From contig CAWKCK010000003.1 of the NCBI GenBank assembly GCA_963848135.1, positions 248,001 to 312,000 on the forward strand: a stretch of 64,000 bases of DNA. The letters run 5' to 3'. Numbering within the stretch: the stretch's first letter is position 1; each line of letters starts with the position of its first letter. Below, in pieces: positions 47,453-57,754 of this stretch. A model generated the notes under the pieces. That model saw nothing but the letters and a program-made list of their open reading frames with translations, was not told where the DNA came from and made no database searches. Both the position numbers and the translations under genes were made by a program. The DNA comes from an uncultured delta proteobacterium (GTDB taxonomy: Bacteria; Desulfobacterota; Desulfobacteria; Desulfobacterales; SG8-13).

Positions 47453-48250
47453 TCACACGATGTAGTAGACCGCCGGCTCGGTGCCCAGAGACTGTTTGCG
47501 GCGGATGGTGTAATTGGATCTGATCAGTTCCCGTACCTCGGACTCGGGATCATACAGGTCGCCGAACGCCAACTTGCCGTCGGAGGCCTCGACGCAGGCC
47601 GGCAGCTGGCCAACCGCCAGGCGTTCCGCGCAGAAGTTGCATTTCTCCACCACCCCCTTGCTGCGGGTCGGAAACTTCTTGTTGGTCTCGGTTATAAAAG
47701 GACGCGGATTGCGGTAGTTGAAGCTTCTGGCCCCGAACGGGCAGGCGGCCATACAAAAACGACAGCCAATGCAACGGTGAAAGTCCATCAGTACAATACC
47801 GTCACTCGGTCGTTTGAAGGTTGCGTTCGTCGGGCAGGCCCTCACGCATGGCGGATTTTCACAGTGATTGCACAGCACAATGACCGGTGCGTGCTCGAGC
47901 TTCTCGTCTATGAATTTCGACGGACTCATGGGAAAGGCGTTGTGGTAGGGCGCCGACCAAATCCACTTGATCTCATGGTTTTTGATCGGCATGACCGGTA
48001 CATTATGGATCCTGTGGCAGGCTTCCACCAGCGGCGTGACATCATCCGCCGATGCGAACTTTTTGGTGTCGATTACCAGGGCCCATTGCTTGGCTTTAAG
48101 CGCGTCATCCCCTTTTTTGACGTAAGGCTCACCTTCAACGCCGTGCATGGTTTCCTGCTCAGCGGCGAAAGCGTTCAGGACCGGCGGGGTGTTCAAGGCC
48201 AACGCTGTAATGCCGAATAGCTTCAAAATCTCTCTTCGACTGCGTTCCAT
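47453..48250 (-). CDS. dsrO: DsrO, periplasmic ferredoxin-like subunit
   Basis: Tat SRREILK; CNHCENPPCVRACP, CIGCRFCMAACP, VEKCNFC. Confidence 0.96.
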   Translation of the reverse strand: MERSRREILKLFGITALALNTPPVLNAFAAEQETMHGVEGEPYVKKGDDALKAKQWALVIDTKKFASADDVTPLVEACHRIHNVPVMPIKNHEIKWIWSAPYHNAFPMSPSKFIDEKLEHAPVIVLCNHCENPPCVRACPTNATFKRPSDGIVLMDFHRCIGCRFCMAACPFGARSFNYRNPRPFITETNKKFPTRSKGVVEKCNFCAERLAVGQLPACVEASDGKLAFGDLYDPESEVRELIRSNYTIRRKQSLGTEPAVYYIV

Positions 48251-48639
48251 CAGTTGCTCTCCTTCGGGTTATCGATGTGACAGTCCCAGCAATATGGCCG
48301 GACCGACGCGTAGTTGTGGCATCTGTCACAGAATTCAGCCTTGTTCGAATGGCAATCCAGGCAGGTGTTGGAAAGACTCATCGCAAATTCCTTGCCCTGC
48401 GGATTGACATATATCCGTTCGGCATTTCTGACCACCGAATGCCGCCAGAGGTCCAGGACTTTCATGTGGTCCCGCGCCATGTAATCTTTGGAACGGACGC
48501 ACTCCTTAGCTTCCTTGGCCCTGGCCGTCAGTTCGACTTCCGGGGGCGGAACGGCCTTTCCGTGGTTGTACCAGAATGGTAGTGCCACGATGACCAGAAA
48601 GATGGTGATACCGAGATAAACAAGTTTCTTGTTACCCAT
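48250..48639 (-). CDS. dsrJ: DsrJ, triheme cytochrome c
   Basis: CV..YM..HM..L..WR; CLDCH, CDRCH, CWDCH. Confidence 0.96.
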   Translation of the reverse strand: MGNKKLVYLGITIFLVIVALPFWYNHGKAVPPPEVELTARAKEAKECVRSKDYMARDHMKVLDLWRHSVVRNAERIYVNPQGKEFAMSLSNTCLDCHSNKAEFCDRCHNYASVRPYCWDCHIDNPKESN

Positions 48640-48643
48640 CGGT

Positions 48644-50284
48644 TTATTCCTCCGTCTCTGCTGCGGTATCTTTTAAGTCTTCCAGTTCGTCGCCGCGCAG
48701 GTTGGTGGTCCTTTCATTCTGTCCCTGCAGGTTCAGGGCGTTGGCAACCATTTCGTGCACGCCGGTGACATCCACGTCTCCCACCCAGTAGTCCATCAGA
48801 TCGCCTAAAACCGCACGGTCGATAGCGCATATGGTGGCCAGCATGTTGACGCCGTGTCGTTCCTTGACAGCCTTGACGGCATTGGCTCTTGGCAGTCCCC
48901 CGGCCATCCGCAGCTCCATGTCTTCACCGGCATTCAAGCCCGAGCCGCTGCCGCAACAGAAGGTCTGCTCCCGAATCGTGTTGGCCGGCATTTCATAAAA
49001 ATTGTTGCATACGTTGTTGATCACGTATCGGGGTTCGTCTAACAGACCCATTCCCCGGGATGGGTTGCATGAATCGTGAAACGTCACCTTGAGGTGATCG
49101 TTGCGGCTGGGATCCAGGTCGAGCTTGCCATGCTTGATCAGATCCGCCGTAAATTCGGTAATGTGAACCATCTTGGTGGAGCGGGCATTCTCGAACCGGG
49201 TCCCGGTAATGGGGGATACAGGCACTTCAAGGAAGTCGGCCGGTCCGTTCATGGTGTCCATATACTGGTTGATCACCCGCCACATGTGACCGCATTCACC
49301 GCCGAGGATCCATTTGACCCCCAGGCGCTTGGCTTCGGCATACATCTTGGAGTTGAGTCGCTTCATCGTTTCATGGGAGGTGAAAAATCCGAAGTTGCCA
49401 CCCTCGCTGGCGTAGGTGCTCCAAGTGATGTCGAAACCGTATTTTTCCTTCAGAAAATGAAAGAGAAGCATGTACCCCATGCAGGTATACGTGCCGGGAT
49501 CGGCAAACACGTCACCGGAAGGGGTGATAAACAGTATATCCGCCCCGACCTTGTTGAATTGGGGTTCCACCTGTATGCCGGTAACCTCCTCGATGTCTTC
49601 CACAAAAAAATCGAGCATGTCTTTGAACGCATGGGGCTGGATGCCTAAATGGTTGCCGGTTTTGTAACAGTTGGAGACCGGCGTGGCGATCCAGTCGATG
49701 TTCAGTCCCAGTAGGTTGGTCAACTCCCGGCCCATGATGGTGATCTCGGCCGTGTCGATACCGTAGGGGCAGAACAGGGAACATCGGCGGCATTCAGAAC
49801 ATTGATACAGGTAAGACCACCACTCCTTAAGGACGTTTTCAGTCATCGGGCGGGCCCCGTTGAGTTTACCGAGTATCCGGCCGGCCCGGGTGAAATCGTT
49901 GCGATAGATCGAGCGCAGCAGCTCGGCTCTCAAAACCGGCATGTTTTTGGGGTCACCGGTGCCGATGAAGTAGTGACACTTGTCGGCGCAGGCGCCGCAG
50001 CGGACGCAAATGTCCATGAACACTTTGAACGTACGGAACTTTTCCAGCCGTTCCTTAAATCCATTGTGGATGATTTCTTGCCAGTTATCGGGCAGCTGCC
50101 AGTCGTCGTCGAAGCAGCTCCAGGTCCGCGGGTTCGGAGCGCCTAAGGTTTCCAGGCTCTTGGGATTGCCCGCATAACACGCGAACCCCTTTTTAATTTC
50201 AGCGGGCACATCCATCCAGTCGGTCGAAGGCGGACGCTGGCTGGCGTTGTTTAAGAGCTCTTCTGCAGTTGGGATGTCGGACAT
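48644..50284 (-). CDS. dsrK: DsrK, HdrD-like Fe-S subunit
   Basis: CVRCGACADKC, CSECRRCSLFCPYGID, GECGH, HDSCN, CCG. Confidence 0.97.
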   Translation of the reverse strand: MSDIPTAEELLNNASQRPPSTDWMDVPAEIKKGFACYAGNPKSLETLGAPNPRTWSCFDDDWQLPDNWQEIIHNGFKERLEKFRTFKVFMDICVRCGACADKCHYFIGTGDPKNMPVLRAELLRSIYRNDFTRAGRILGKLNGARPMTENVLKEWWSYLYQCSECRRCSLFCPYGIDTAEITIMGRELTNLLGLNIDWIATPVSNCYKTGNHLGIQPHAFKDMLDFFVEDIEEVTGIQVEPQFNKVGADILFITPSGDVFADPGTYTCMGYMLLFHFLKEKYGFDITWSTYASEGGNFGFFTSHETMKRLNSKMYAEAKRLGVKWILGGECGHMWRVINQYMDTMNGPADFLEVPVSPITGTRFENARSTKMVHITEFTADLIKHGKLDLDPSRNDHLKVTFHDSCNPSRGMGLLDEPRYVINNVCNNFYEMPANTIREQTFCCGSGSGLNAGEDMELRMAGGLPRANAVKAVKERHGVNMLATICAIDRAVLGDLMDYWVGDVDVTGVHEMVANALNLQGQNERTTNLRGDELEDLKDTAAETEE

Positions 50285-50289
50285 ATATA

Positions 50290-51366
50290 TTACTCCTTTT
50301 CCTCAGATGCTTCTGCTGGTTCTTCCACAGCCGTTTCCGCCGGCATTTTGACTACCGGCAAACCGGCCTCGATCATTTTTTCTCTGAAGTCGTCTTCATA
50401 TTCATCATAGGTATGCACTTTGACAGGGTAGTTCCAGGGGTTGAGGTAGCGTTTGGCCCGGGTGTCGGTCGTCATGTTGCGGGTGGGGCTCATGAAAATC
50501 CCCCCCAGATGCATCAGCTTGCTGAAGGGGAAGTAGACCAGCAGAATACTGACCAGGAACATGTGCACAAAGAAGAGGCTGCCCAGATTTTCCGGTATCG
50601 TCGGGCGAAACGTCACCAAACCGATTGAAAGTTCCTTGGCGCCCGTCACATCGATCTTCAGAAAGTAGCGCATGAGGATTCCGGTAAAAGCGATAGCGAT
50701 AATCAGAAACAGCGGAAAATAATCAGAAGCCAGGGATATGTATTTAACGCCGGGGACAAACAGGCGTCTGAACAACAGGTAAGAGACCGCGGCCAACAAG
50801 ACCAGACCGGAAAGATAGACGCCCGGCACACCAAACTGAAAAGCGTTCGCCATGAATTCGAGTCGGAAGAAACTATCCACATTCTCAACCAGTTGAACCG
50901 GCAGCGGAACCGGCTCGGTAAAGAACCGCAAATGACGGAAAATTACCGTAAAAAAGGCGTAATGAAAGGCCAGAGCGCCGACCCAGAGAAAAAGCTCCAG
51001 AGCGTAAGTGACTCTGCCTTCTCTGAGTTTCATGCGGGTATTGCGGAACAGGGAACGAAATGCGACCACTTCGAGCAGCATGCGTATAAAAACACCCCCC
51101 TTTGAAGAAGGGTTGTCCCATTTGGCATGCTTAATCCAGGGCAGCGTTTTTTGCTGCCCGCCGGTGGTGGGAATCTTGAAAGGAACCGGCACACGTGCCC
51201 ACGCCAGAATCCGGCGGATAAAGAAAATGATGAAAATCAGTACCGCCGCATATGGAATGATGACACCGAACAACCATTTGGTGGCCGGAACCGCCGAAAC
51301 CCCCACATAAGCCAGCAGAAACAATACGACCACGGCCAGGAGGGAAACCATGTACCTTTTATTCAT
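50290..51366 (-). CDS. dsrM: DsrM, NarI-like cytochrome b membrane subunit
   Basis: PVPFKIPTT, FRSLFRNT, FPFSKLMH, NPWNYPV. Confidence 0.96.
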   Translation of the reverse strand: MNKRYMVSLLAVVVLFLLAYVGVSAVPATKWLFGVIIPYAAVLIFIIFFIRRILAWARVPVPFKIPTTGGQQKTLPWIKHAKWDNPSSKGGVFIRMLLEVVAFRSLFRNTRMKLREGRVTYALELFLWVGALAFHYAFFTVIFRHLRFFTEPVPLPVQLVENVDSFFRLEFMANAFQFGVPGVYLSGLVLLAAVSYLLFRRLFVPGVKYISLASDYFPLFLIIAIAFTGILMRYFLKIDVTGAKELSIGLVTFRPTIPENLGSLFFVHMFLVSILLVYFPFSKLMHLGGIFMSPTRNMTTDTRAKRYLNPWNYPVKVHTYDEYEDDFREKMIEAGLPVVKMPAETAVEEPAEASEEKE

Positions 51367-51443
51367 CGACCAGCTCCTCGTTTACAGCCCCGCCGCCGTT
51401 TCCGGCGCGCGCAGCCTCTGTGAATAAAAATACGAAAACATAC

Positions 51444-51971
51444 TCAGAGGACCGACTCCTTCTCCGGCTCCTCTTGAATCAATCCTGCCCTTTTGAACGC
51501 TTTAAATACCTTGTCTTTCTCTTCGTTGGCCTTCAATTCAAAAATTTTTTCGCGGCATTGGGTGTAGATATCGAACGCAAACAGGCTCATCGCATCGACT
51601 CTGTCCTCAAATTCCAACAATTCTTTCGTCAAAGAACTGTTTATGGAACCCATCGGAAGATATTTGCGGACGATATTTTTTATGACCAGAACGAAGGCAA
51701 TGGCTTTTGAAGGGGAAAAGTTCTGTATCGCACGAACCCGAACGATAGGATCCAGCATCGTCCGAACAGTCTCCTGGTCCAACCCGGTCAACAGTTGATC
51801 AAACAGGCCAGCTAAACCGGCTGAAAGATATCCACCCACGGGGTTTGTAAAGGGATCTTTATCTCTTTTGAGGAATTGTGCAGTGTCGGGAGCATAGGTC
51901 TTCGCCACCAGGTCAAACCAGTCAGCGACGATGGCGTCACGTTTTTTGGCTAATACTTTTTCAAGCCCCAT
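51444..51971 (-). CDS. dsrT: DsrT (RsbRD N-terminal domain protein)
   Basis: DPFTNPVG, VRVRAIQNFSPSKA, AFDIY..CRE; directly upstream of dsrM. Confidence 0.88.
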   Translation of the reverse strand: MGLEKVLAKKRDAIVADWFDLVAKTYAPDTAQFLKRDKDPFTNPVGGYLSAGLAGLFDQLLTGLDQETVRTMLDPIVRVRAIQNFSPSKAIAFVLVIKNIVRKYLPMGSINSSLTKELLEFEDRVDAMSLFAFDIYTQCREKIFELKANEEKDKVFKAFKRAGLIQEEPEKESVL

Positions 51972-52090
51972 GCGTCGTATGGTTCCCGATCTCCAGTCGT
52001 GAAAGGAAGGAGTGAAGAGTTTAGTTGCTTGATATTACTGCCAAATAATACCTGATCCCCCTGAATGGGGCAGGCGAACTCAAAGTGAAG

Positions 52091-52119
52091 CGTATAGTCA
52101 ACTTGCCAAACCATGTCAA
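52091..52119 (-). promoter_or_regulatory. Putative sigma70 promoter of dsrTMKJOP
   Basis: Minus strand TTGACA-17 nt-TATACG, ~120 nt upstream of dsrT. Confidence 0.5.
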
Positions 52120-52193
52120 GGATAATCGACACCAGGAGCCCAGCATGAAAGGACCGAAACCCGGTAAAACGGTGATATTTTCGGGTTAAGGTC

Positions 52194-52883
52194 TCAGCTT
52201 CTCGACAACATATTTTTACCCTTGAGATACGAGCGCTTGATCCAACCCGCCACTTTCTCTGTCAGTGTGCGCTGATAGAATTGACGATCTTCTTCACTGA
52301 TCCGGTCCCAGCGCTTTCTGTATTTTACCTTTATATATGCATTGTAATCGAATTTTCTGAACAAATTATAGAGGAAGTGATTGACCGGCGCCAGGCCACC
52401 CTTTCGGATGATGGCAACGCCGAAATCCAGAAGGATGGGATGACGGCCATTGACGACCAGAATATTGTCCTTTTTTTTCAAATCACCGTGGGCCACACCG
52501 GCACGATGCATCGCTTTTATCTGCTGCAGCAAAACGTTGCAGAAATATATTCGGTCATCGAGACGTGCATCTTTTATCGGGATACCGTCCACGTATTCGA
52601 GCACCAGATACCGGTTTTTCAAAAGGCCATGACAGACGGGAATGCCGTCCATTCCTGCCAGCCGGGTGTAAACGTCGTATTCATTGGTGATCATCTTTCG
52701 CCGGATAAACGCCGCCAACCCACGCCCTTGAGGGGCTTTTAAGACGAGTTGCCGACCCCAATCAGAGAAAATGTAGGTATTCCCCTGGTATCCACGACCG
52801 AGAATGTTTCGGCCGTCTTTGATGCTGGCGGTAATCTTCCGCCAGAGAACATCTTCGGAAATACCGGCGATTGATTTGTGCAT
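52194..52883 (-). CDS. Protein-kinase-like fold protein (RIO/Kdo-kinase-like)
   Basis: LGRGYQG loop, VLK, HGDLKKKDNIL, LLDFG. Confidence 0.8.
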   Translation of the reverse strand: MHKSIAGISEDVLWRKITASIKDGRNILGRGYQGNTYIFSDWGRQLVLKAPQGRGLAAFIRRKMITNEYDVYTRLAGMDGIPVCHGLLKNRYLVLEYVDGIPIKDARLDDRIYFCNVLLQQIKAMHRAGVAHGDLKKKDNILVVNGRHPILLDFGVAIIRKGGLAPVNHFLYNLFRKFDYNAYIKVKYRKRWDRISEEDRQFYQRTLTEKVAGWIKRSYLKGKNMLSRS

Positions 52884-52898
52884 ATCGACCAGAGATAA

Positions 52899-53468
52899 TC
52901 AGATCTTAAAATAAAGATAATAAAGGCAGGCTAAGAGAAAAAGGGCAATAACCGGTTCGCCGTTTTGACGGAGGCTCTGCCAGAAAGACCAGCTGCCCCC
53001 CGTTTTATATGTCCACGTTAAACGGGCAAGCAGTGCCGGTGTTCGCTGCTGCCATCTTTCCCACTCCTCTTTGAAGAGGTAGTGCAGTTTTTCGTCTTCA
53101 CGTCGTATGGCTTGAGGATAAAAAATGATCAGAATCAAGATGAAAAGGGGGCCGCTCCACCAAAGCCCGCAAGACAGACAAAAGCCGCAACCCAGCAGAA
53201 TATTGCCGACATACAGCGGATGGCGTGCATATTGATAGGGTCCGTCAGTCGCCAGGACTTTGTTTTTCTTAATGTGCCCGGAGGCCCACATTCTAACAGC
53301 GATGCCACTGCACGCGATGACCGCACCGATCCAGTAGAGTCCGGCAGTCGGTTGTCCCGCAACCGTCACAAGCACCACAAAAGCAATGCCAATAAACTGA
53401 CGATAGCGATCGCGGCGGTATCGTATGTCATGCAAGAATCTTTGAAAACCAATATCTTTAGTCATCAA
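52899..53468 (-). CDS. Isoprenylcysteine/phospholipid methyltransferase-family membrane protein
   Basis: LATDGPYQYARHPLYVG, REDEKL, several TM helices. Confidence 0.85.
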   Translation of the reverse strand: MMTKDIGFQRFLHDIRYRRDRYRQFIGIAFVVLVTVAGQPTAGLYWIGAVIACSGIAVRMWASGHIKKNKVLATDGPYQYARHPLYVGNILLGCGFCLSCGLWWSGPLFILILIIFYPQAIRREDEKLHYLFKEEWERWQQRTPALLARLTWTYKTGGSWSFWQSLRQNGEPVIALFLLACLYYLYFKI

Positions 53469-53729
53469 TTCGCTCTTTTTTGATGGGGGCCATACTGCTA
53501 ATCGAAAGCGGCCGAGGATCTAATGAATTTTGGAGTATGAAAGATTGTCCAATCGGTGTCAAGACTGATTTGACTGCCAACCCTATCAGCCGGTCTGATA
53601 AAACGCTTTCGGACATTTCGCCAAAGGAAGTGAATTGCGATGGTCCACAAACAAATACGGCCAATCGACTTGACGATTGACCGCAAAGGAGGAATACAGA
53701 TGATGAATACTGAGGATGAATAGAAACAG

Positions 53730-53745
53730 AGCAATATTAATGCCA
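53730..53745 (-). promoter_or_regulatory. Sigma54 -24/-12 promoter for the methyltransferase-kinase pair
   Basis: Minus strand TGGCATTAATATTGCT with exact consensus spacing. Confidence 0.72.
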
Positions 53746-53862
53746 GAATTTAAATCTTAGCCACAAAAACAAAAATTTATCCTAACTGTCTAATCTGTAT
53801 AATATTTTTTTGTTTGTCACTTTTCTGCGATTTCGATGCTGGAGTGGTAAAAAAGGCCACAA

Positions 53863-53964
53863 TGTTCATATTTTTGAACACACTCGGGGCGATTAATTAA
53901 CAAAAACATTTAATTTCAAACTGTTACAGCGAACCGTACCGGTTCAAAATTTTGAACCGGTACG
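53863..53964. promoter_or_regulatory. Two GTTCA-N6-TGAAC palindromes (candidate enhancer sites)
   Basis: tgttcatatttttgaaca (53863-53880) and the perfect 30-bp palindrome cgtaccggttcaaaattttgaaccggtacg (53935-53964). Confidence 0.6.
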
Positions 53965-54019
53965 CATCCAGCCGATGAATCTCATAAAATCTATTGAATT
54001 CATTTAGAAAACCTGCGCG

Positions 54020-55033
54020 TTAGAGGTCAATACCGGCAATCACAGCTTTGCAAAATCGACATGCGCCGTTTTCAATGCGATTTTTTTTTATCTGAAATCC
54101 CCAACGCTCGATGAGCAACCGCCCGCAATGGGGGCAGTCGGTGTTCTCCCCGCCTTCTCCCGGTACATTGCCGGTATAGACATATTTGAGACCGGCTCTG
54201 AGCCCAATTTCCCGCGCTTTTTCCAGGGTTGACCGTGGTGTCGGCGCGCGGTCCGTGAGTTTGTATGTCGGGTGAAACCGGCTGATATGCCAGGGGGTCT
54301 CAGACCCCAGATCTGCCACCAAAAAAGCGGCCAGTTCCTCAAGCTCAGCGGGAGCATCATTGAGCCCAGGCACGATGAGTGTCGTTACCTCCAGAAATAT
54401 CCCCCGTTTTTTTAAATTTAACAGGGTTTCCCGTACATAACCGAGTTTGGCCCCGCAAAGTTGACGGTAGTATTTTTCCGTGAACGCTTTCAGGTCGACA
54501 TTTGCGGCATCCAGGTATGGGTGAATCATGTCCAGGGCCTCTTCGGTCATATACCCATTGGTGACAAACACATTTTTCAGGCCCTTTTCAGTGGCAAGCC
54601 GGGCGGTTTGGTAAGCAAATTCGAAAAAAATCGTCGGTTCTGTATAGGTGTATGCAATACTGCGGCAGGAACCCTGAATTGCAGCGGTAACCACATCTTC
54701 CGGTGTGCAGGTATCGCCCATGATCAAGCCCTTGTTATCTTCGGGCATTTGGGCAATGTCAGCATTTTGACAGAACCGGCATTTGAAATTGCAACCCACA
54801 GTAGCGATGGAATAGCTAAGAGTTCCGGGCATAAAGTGGTACAAAGGCTTTTTCTCGATGGGGTCGATGTGACGTGCAATCAGCTTGCCGAAAACCAGTG
54901 TGCGCAAAACTCCGGAACGATTTTCGCGGACACCGCATATGCCGCGCCGACCGTCACTGATAAGGCAGCGATGGTGACATAAATTGCAGATGACCCTGCC
55001 GCCATCTGATTTCCTGTACAGGTAGGCTTCCAT
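54020..55033 (-). CDS. amrS: AmmeMemoRadiSam system radical SAM enzyme
   Basis: CNLCHHRC..GICGVREN, DPIEKKPLYHF, GCNFKCRFCQN, YTYTEP, YVYTGNV. Confidence 0.95.
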   Translation of the reverse strand: MEAYLYRKSDGGRVICNLCHHRCLISDGRRGICGVRENRSGVLRTLVFGKLIARHIDPIEKKPLYHFMPGTLSYSIATVGCNFKCRFCQNADIAQMPEDNKGLIMGDTCTPEDVVTAAIQGSCRSIAYTYTEPTIFFEFAYQTARLATEKGLKNVFVTNGYMTEEALDMIHPYLDAANVDLKAFTEKYYRQLCGAKLGYVRETLLNLKKRGIFLEVTTLIVPGLNDAPAELEELAAFLVADLGSETPWHISRFHPTYKLTDRAPTPRSTLEKAREIGLRAGLKYVYTGNVPGEGGENTDCPHCGRLLIERWGFQIKKNRIENGACRFCKAVIAGIDL

Positions 55034-55094
55034 GATGACTGCTCTGGCTTAAACTGGGGCGGTGCACCGTTAACGGTTGGGACAGGCATCCATT

Positions 55095-55841
55095 TCAACC
55101 GGCGGCCATTCCTGTGCTTTGCTTGGCCTGATAGCGCATGGCCAGTGGTCGGGTTCTAAACAGCGGTACGAGCGTAACGAGCATGCCGACAAATGCCCCG
55201 AAAGGGCACCGCTGCACGAACCTGGACTGTTCAAAATTTTGGCTCAAACTGCCGCAACCGATAGGGAACTGATTAACCGTCCGCCAGGTCAATGGCACGG
55301 CCCCTGCGATGGACCGAATCAATCGTCTCAGCTCCCAAATCCCGAAAAACCTGGCATGATTGAAAATTGTTTCTGAAAAAATACCCGCAACGCGGCGTTG
55401 AACGCCTTTGATGGCATAGCGATTGAGCACCCCGAGGAATACCCGGTCCTTCGCAACACGACAGGCTTCCTCGATGGCTATATGGGGATCGTCGACGAAT
55501 TCCAACGTGGTCATGAAAAAAGCGTAGTTGAAGGAGTTATCGTCGAAAGGAAGGTCTTCTGCGCAGCCACGGTACAACTCGACGCGTTGGCGCAGTTTTT
55601 TGAAACTAATGTCGAGCATGTATGGTGACGGATCTATGCCGGTGATATTCAGCCCCATGTCGAGTAACGGAACAAGCCGGGCCCCAGTACCGCAACCGAT
55701 TTCAAGGACGCTTTCCCCTCTGGAAGGCTGGAGCATACTCAGCATCAGTTTGGTTTCGCGTTCGGCTTCGGATCGAAAGCGCGGTTCATTGAACCAGCGT
55801 TCATACAATCCGGCGTCTTTGAAATCGAACACGTAGCCCAT
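55095..55841 (-). CDS. Class I SAM-dependent methyltransferase
   Basis: VLEIGCGTG, GIDPS, AEDLPFDDNSF; start moved to ATG 55841. Confidence 0.88.
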   Translation of the reverse strand: MGYVFDFKDAGLYERWFNEPRFRSEAERETKLMLSMLQPSRGESVLEIGCGTGARLVPLLDMGLNITGIDPSPYMLDISFKKLRQRVELYRGCAEDLPFDDNSFNYAFFMTTLEFVDDPHIAIEEACRVAKDRVFLGVLNRYAIKGVQRRVAGIFSETIFNHARFFGIWELRRLIRSIAGAVPLTWRTVNQFPIGCGSLSQNFEQSRFVQRCPFGAFVGMLVTLVPLFRTRPLAMRYQAKQSTGMAAG

Positions 55842-55881
55842 GGCGGTCTCTATCTGGAACCTTAACTGAGCGTTTATGGTG

Positions 55882-57402
55882 TTATAATGAAGACAGATTA
55901 GAGTTGGGCTCGCCCTCCTGGTCAACTCTTTCTGGTGTACCTTCTGCGGCAGTGGTCTTCTTCTTACGGCGCCGACGTCGTTTCTTCTTCCGGGTTGGAG
56001 GCTCAACGGCCTCATCAGTTGTCGGAGCGGCTCCTGGGGGGTCACTTTCGGGGAGAAATCCGAAAAAGGCTCCCGGATGTTTCTTTGGCCATGGTTTCTC
56101 GGCTGGTTTCTGGCGCGCTAACCTTTTTTGAACACGTCCGCGCACGGCCTTGGCGCGACGGCCCTGAGAGGTGGCCTTGACCGGTCCGCATTGGTCAGCA
56201 ATATACCAGTCGTCTTCCGGCCATGCCACGGGAATCTTATACCCCAACATGTCCTGAACGGCTTCGAGATGGAAAACGTATTGTTCGCAGGCAAGGGACA
56301 GGGCCTTGCCGGTTTTACCCGCTCTGGCGGTTCGACCGATCCGATGGACATAGTTTTCTGCGTCCTGAGGGAGGTCATAATTGACGACATGGCTGATGTC
56401 TTCCACATGAATCCCCCGTGAAGCCACATCCGTCGCTACCAGGATTTTAATATTTCCGTTTTTAAACTTTTCCATCAGTTGCAAGCGCTTCCGCTGATGC
56501 AGGTCACCGGAGATACCCTCGGCCGGAAGGCCGTTGCCCTTGAGTTTCTGGCTCAGCCACTCCACACCGGCCTTGGTATTGACGAATATCAAGACCCGGA
56601 TCCATTCTTCTTTCTCCAGCAAACCCAACAGCAGGGGCAGCTTTTGTTCGCGACCAACATGAAACAGGACCTGCTCGATTCCTTCCACGGCCACATCTTC
56701 GGGGGCAACGGAAATAAACTCGGGCAAATTCATGTATTCATATGTCAGTTCAAGCACGCGATAGGAGAGCGTCGCCGAAAAAAGCATGGACTGACGTTTG
56801 TCGTAACGCGGCAGCTTCTTGAGTATATATCGCATGTCTTTGGAGAAACCCAGATCCAGGAGACGATCGGCTTCGTCGATGACAACAATCTTTATACCTT
56901 GTGTTTTAAATATTCCCTGTTTGAAATAGTCGATGATGCGGCCGGGTGTGCAGATGACAATATCGACACCCTCTTTCAAAATGTCGGCCTGTTTCTGATA
57001 ATCGATGCCGCCGATCACCTGGGCAACTTTGAATTCGGTGTGTCGGCCAATGATCTGGGCCTCTTCATAAATCTGCAAGGCTAATTCTCGGGTCGGTGCG
57101 ACAATGAGTGCTCCAGGTAAATCGGGTTCGCGATCTGTTGCCGTTAACAGGCGGGCAAAAATCGTCACGAGAAAAGCCGCCGTCTTGCCGGTACCGGTCT
57201 GCGCCTGCCCGGCCACATCCCGTCCGGCAAGAGATACAGGAAGAGTTTGCGCCTGTATGGGTGTGCAGTACGTGAATCCGGCGCCGGCGATACCGGAAAG
57301 AATCTCCATCGGCAGAGTAAATTCAGCAAAGGTCGTGCGTGTTAGAAATTTAGGCTTCCCAGCCCGTTGTTCGGTGACCTCGGATTCGGGCTCTTCGGAC
57401 AT
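55882..57402 (-). CDS. rhlB: DEAD-box RNA helicase (RhlB-like)
   Basis: GFTYCTPIQ, AQTGTGKT, PTREL, DEAD, SAT, YVHRIGRTAR, SLACE; basic tail. Confidence 0.88.
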   Translation of the reverse strand: MSEEPESEVTEQRAGKPKFLTRTTFAEFTLPMEILSGIAGAGFTYCTPIQAQTLPVSLAGRDVAGQAQTGTGKTAAFLVTIFARLLTATDREPDLPGALIVAPTRELALQIYEEAQIIGRHTEFKVAQVIGGIDYQKQADILKEGVDIVICTPGRIIDYFKQGIFKTQGIKIVVIDEADRLLDLGFSKDMRYILKKLPRYDKRQSMLFSATLSYRVLELTYEYMNLPEFISVAPEDVAVEGIEQVLFHVGREQKLPLLLGLLEKEEWIRVLIFVNTKAGVEWLSQKLKGNGLPAEGISGDLHQRKRLQLMEKFKNGNIKILVATDVASRGIHVEDISHVVNYDLPQDAENYVHRIGRTARAGKTGKALSLACEQYVFHLEAVQDMLGYKIPVAWPEDDWYIADQCGPVKATSQGRRAKAVRGRVQKRLARQKPAEKPWPKKHPGAFFGFLPESDPPGAAPTTDEAVEPPTRKKKRRRRRKKKTTAAEGTPERVDQEGEPNSNLSSL

Positions 57403-57556
57403 GTAAACCTCAATCGGTTTGGTTTTCAGTTGGTGGTAGGATCCTTCTTCAATTGGGTGGCAGATTATACCCTTTCTATTGATATTGCAAGCATCTGGCG
57501 TCGGTAGCGGGGTTTACGGTTCGACGGACACGCAACCCCGAGCCGGTTCAAATTGG

Positions 57557-57754
57557 TTAATTTGGATCCACTCTACCTTTCGCAGGTCCCCAAGTCTCAC
57601 CGTTTTTATCCAAAAACCATATGGGACAGGCGGATCTGAATTTACAATAGACCTTCGGGTCACGGCATTCGATGCATTCTGTGCATAGATAATTATCATA
57701 CTTCATGCACTTGAAATCGGTTTCACGCTTCGGATGTTGAATACATTTTCCCAT
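57557..57754 (-). CDS. Small Cys-rich putative zinc-binding protein
   Basis: CxxH..C..CxxC.xC..C..C pattern (7 Cys plus His) in 65 aa. Confidence 0.7.
   Translation of the reverse strand: MGKCIQHPKRETDFKCMKYDNYLCTECIECRDPKVYCKFRSACPIWFLDKNGETWGPAKGRVDPN

Noticed and set aside
46291..51971. dsrTMKJOP without adjacent dsrAB as a novelty
   Set aside because: Separation of dsrMKJOP from dsrAB is common in sulfate reducers, and all subunits look canonical.
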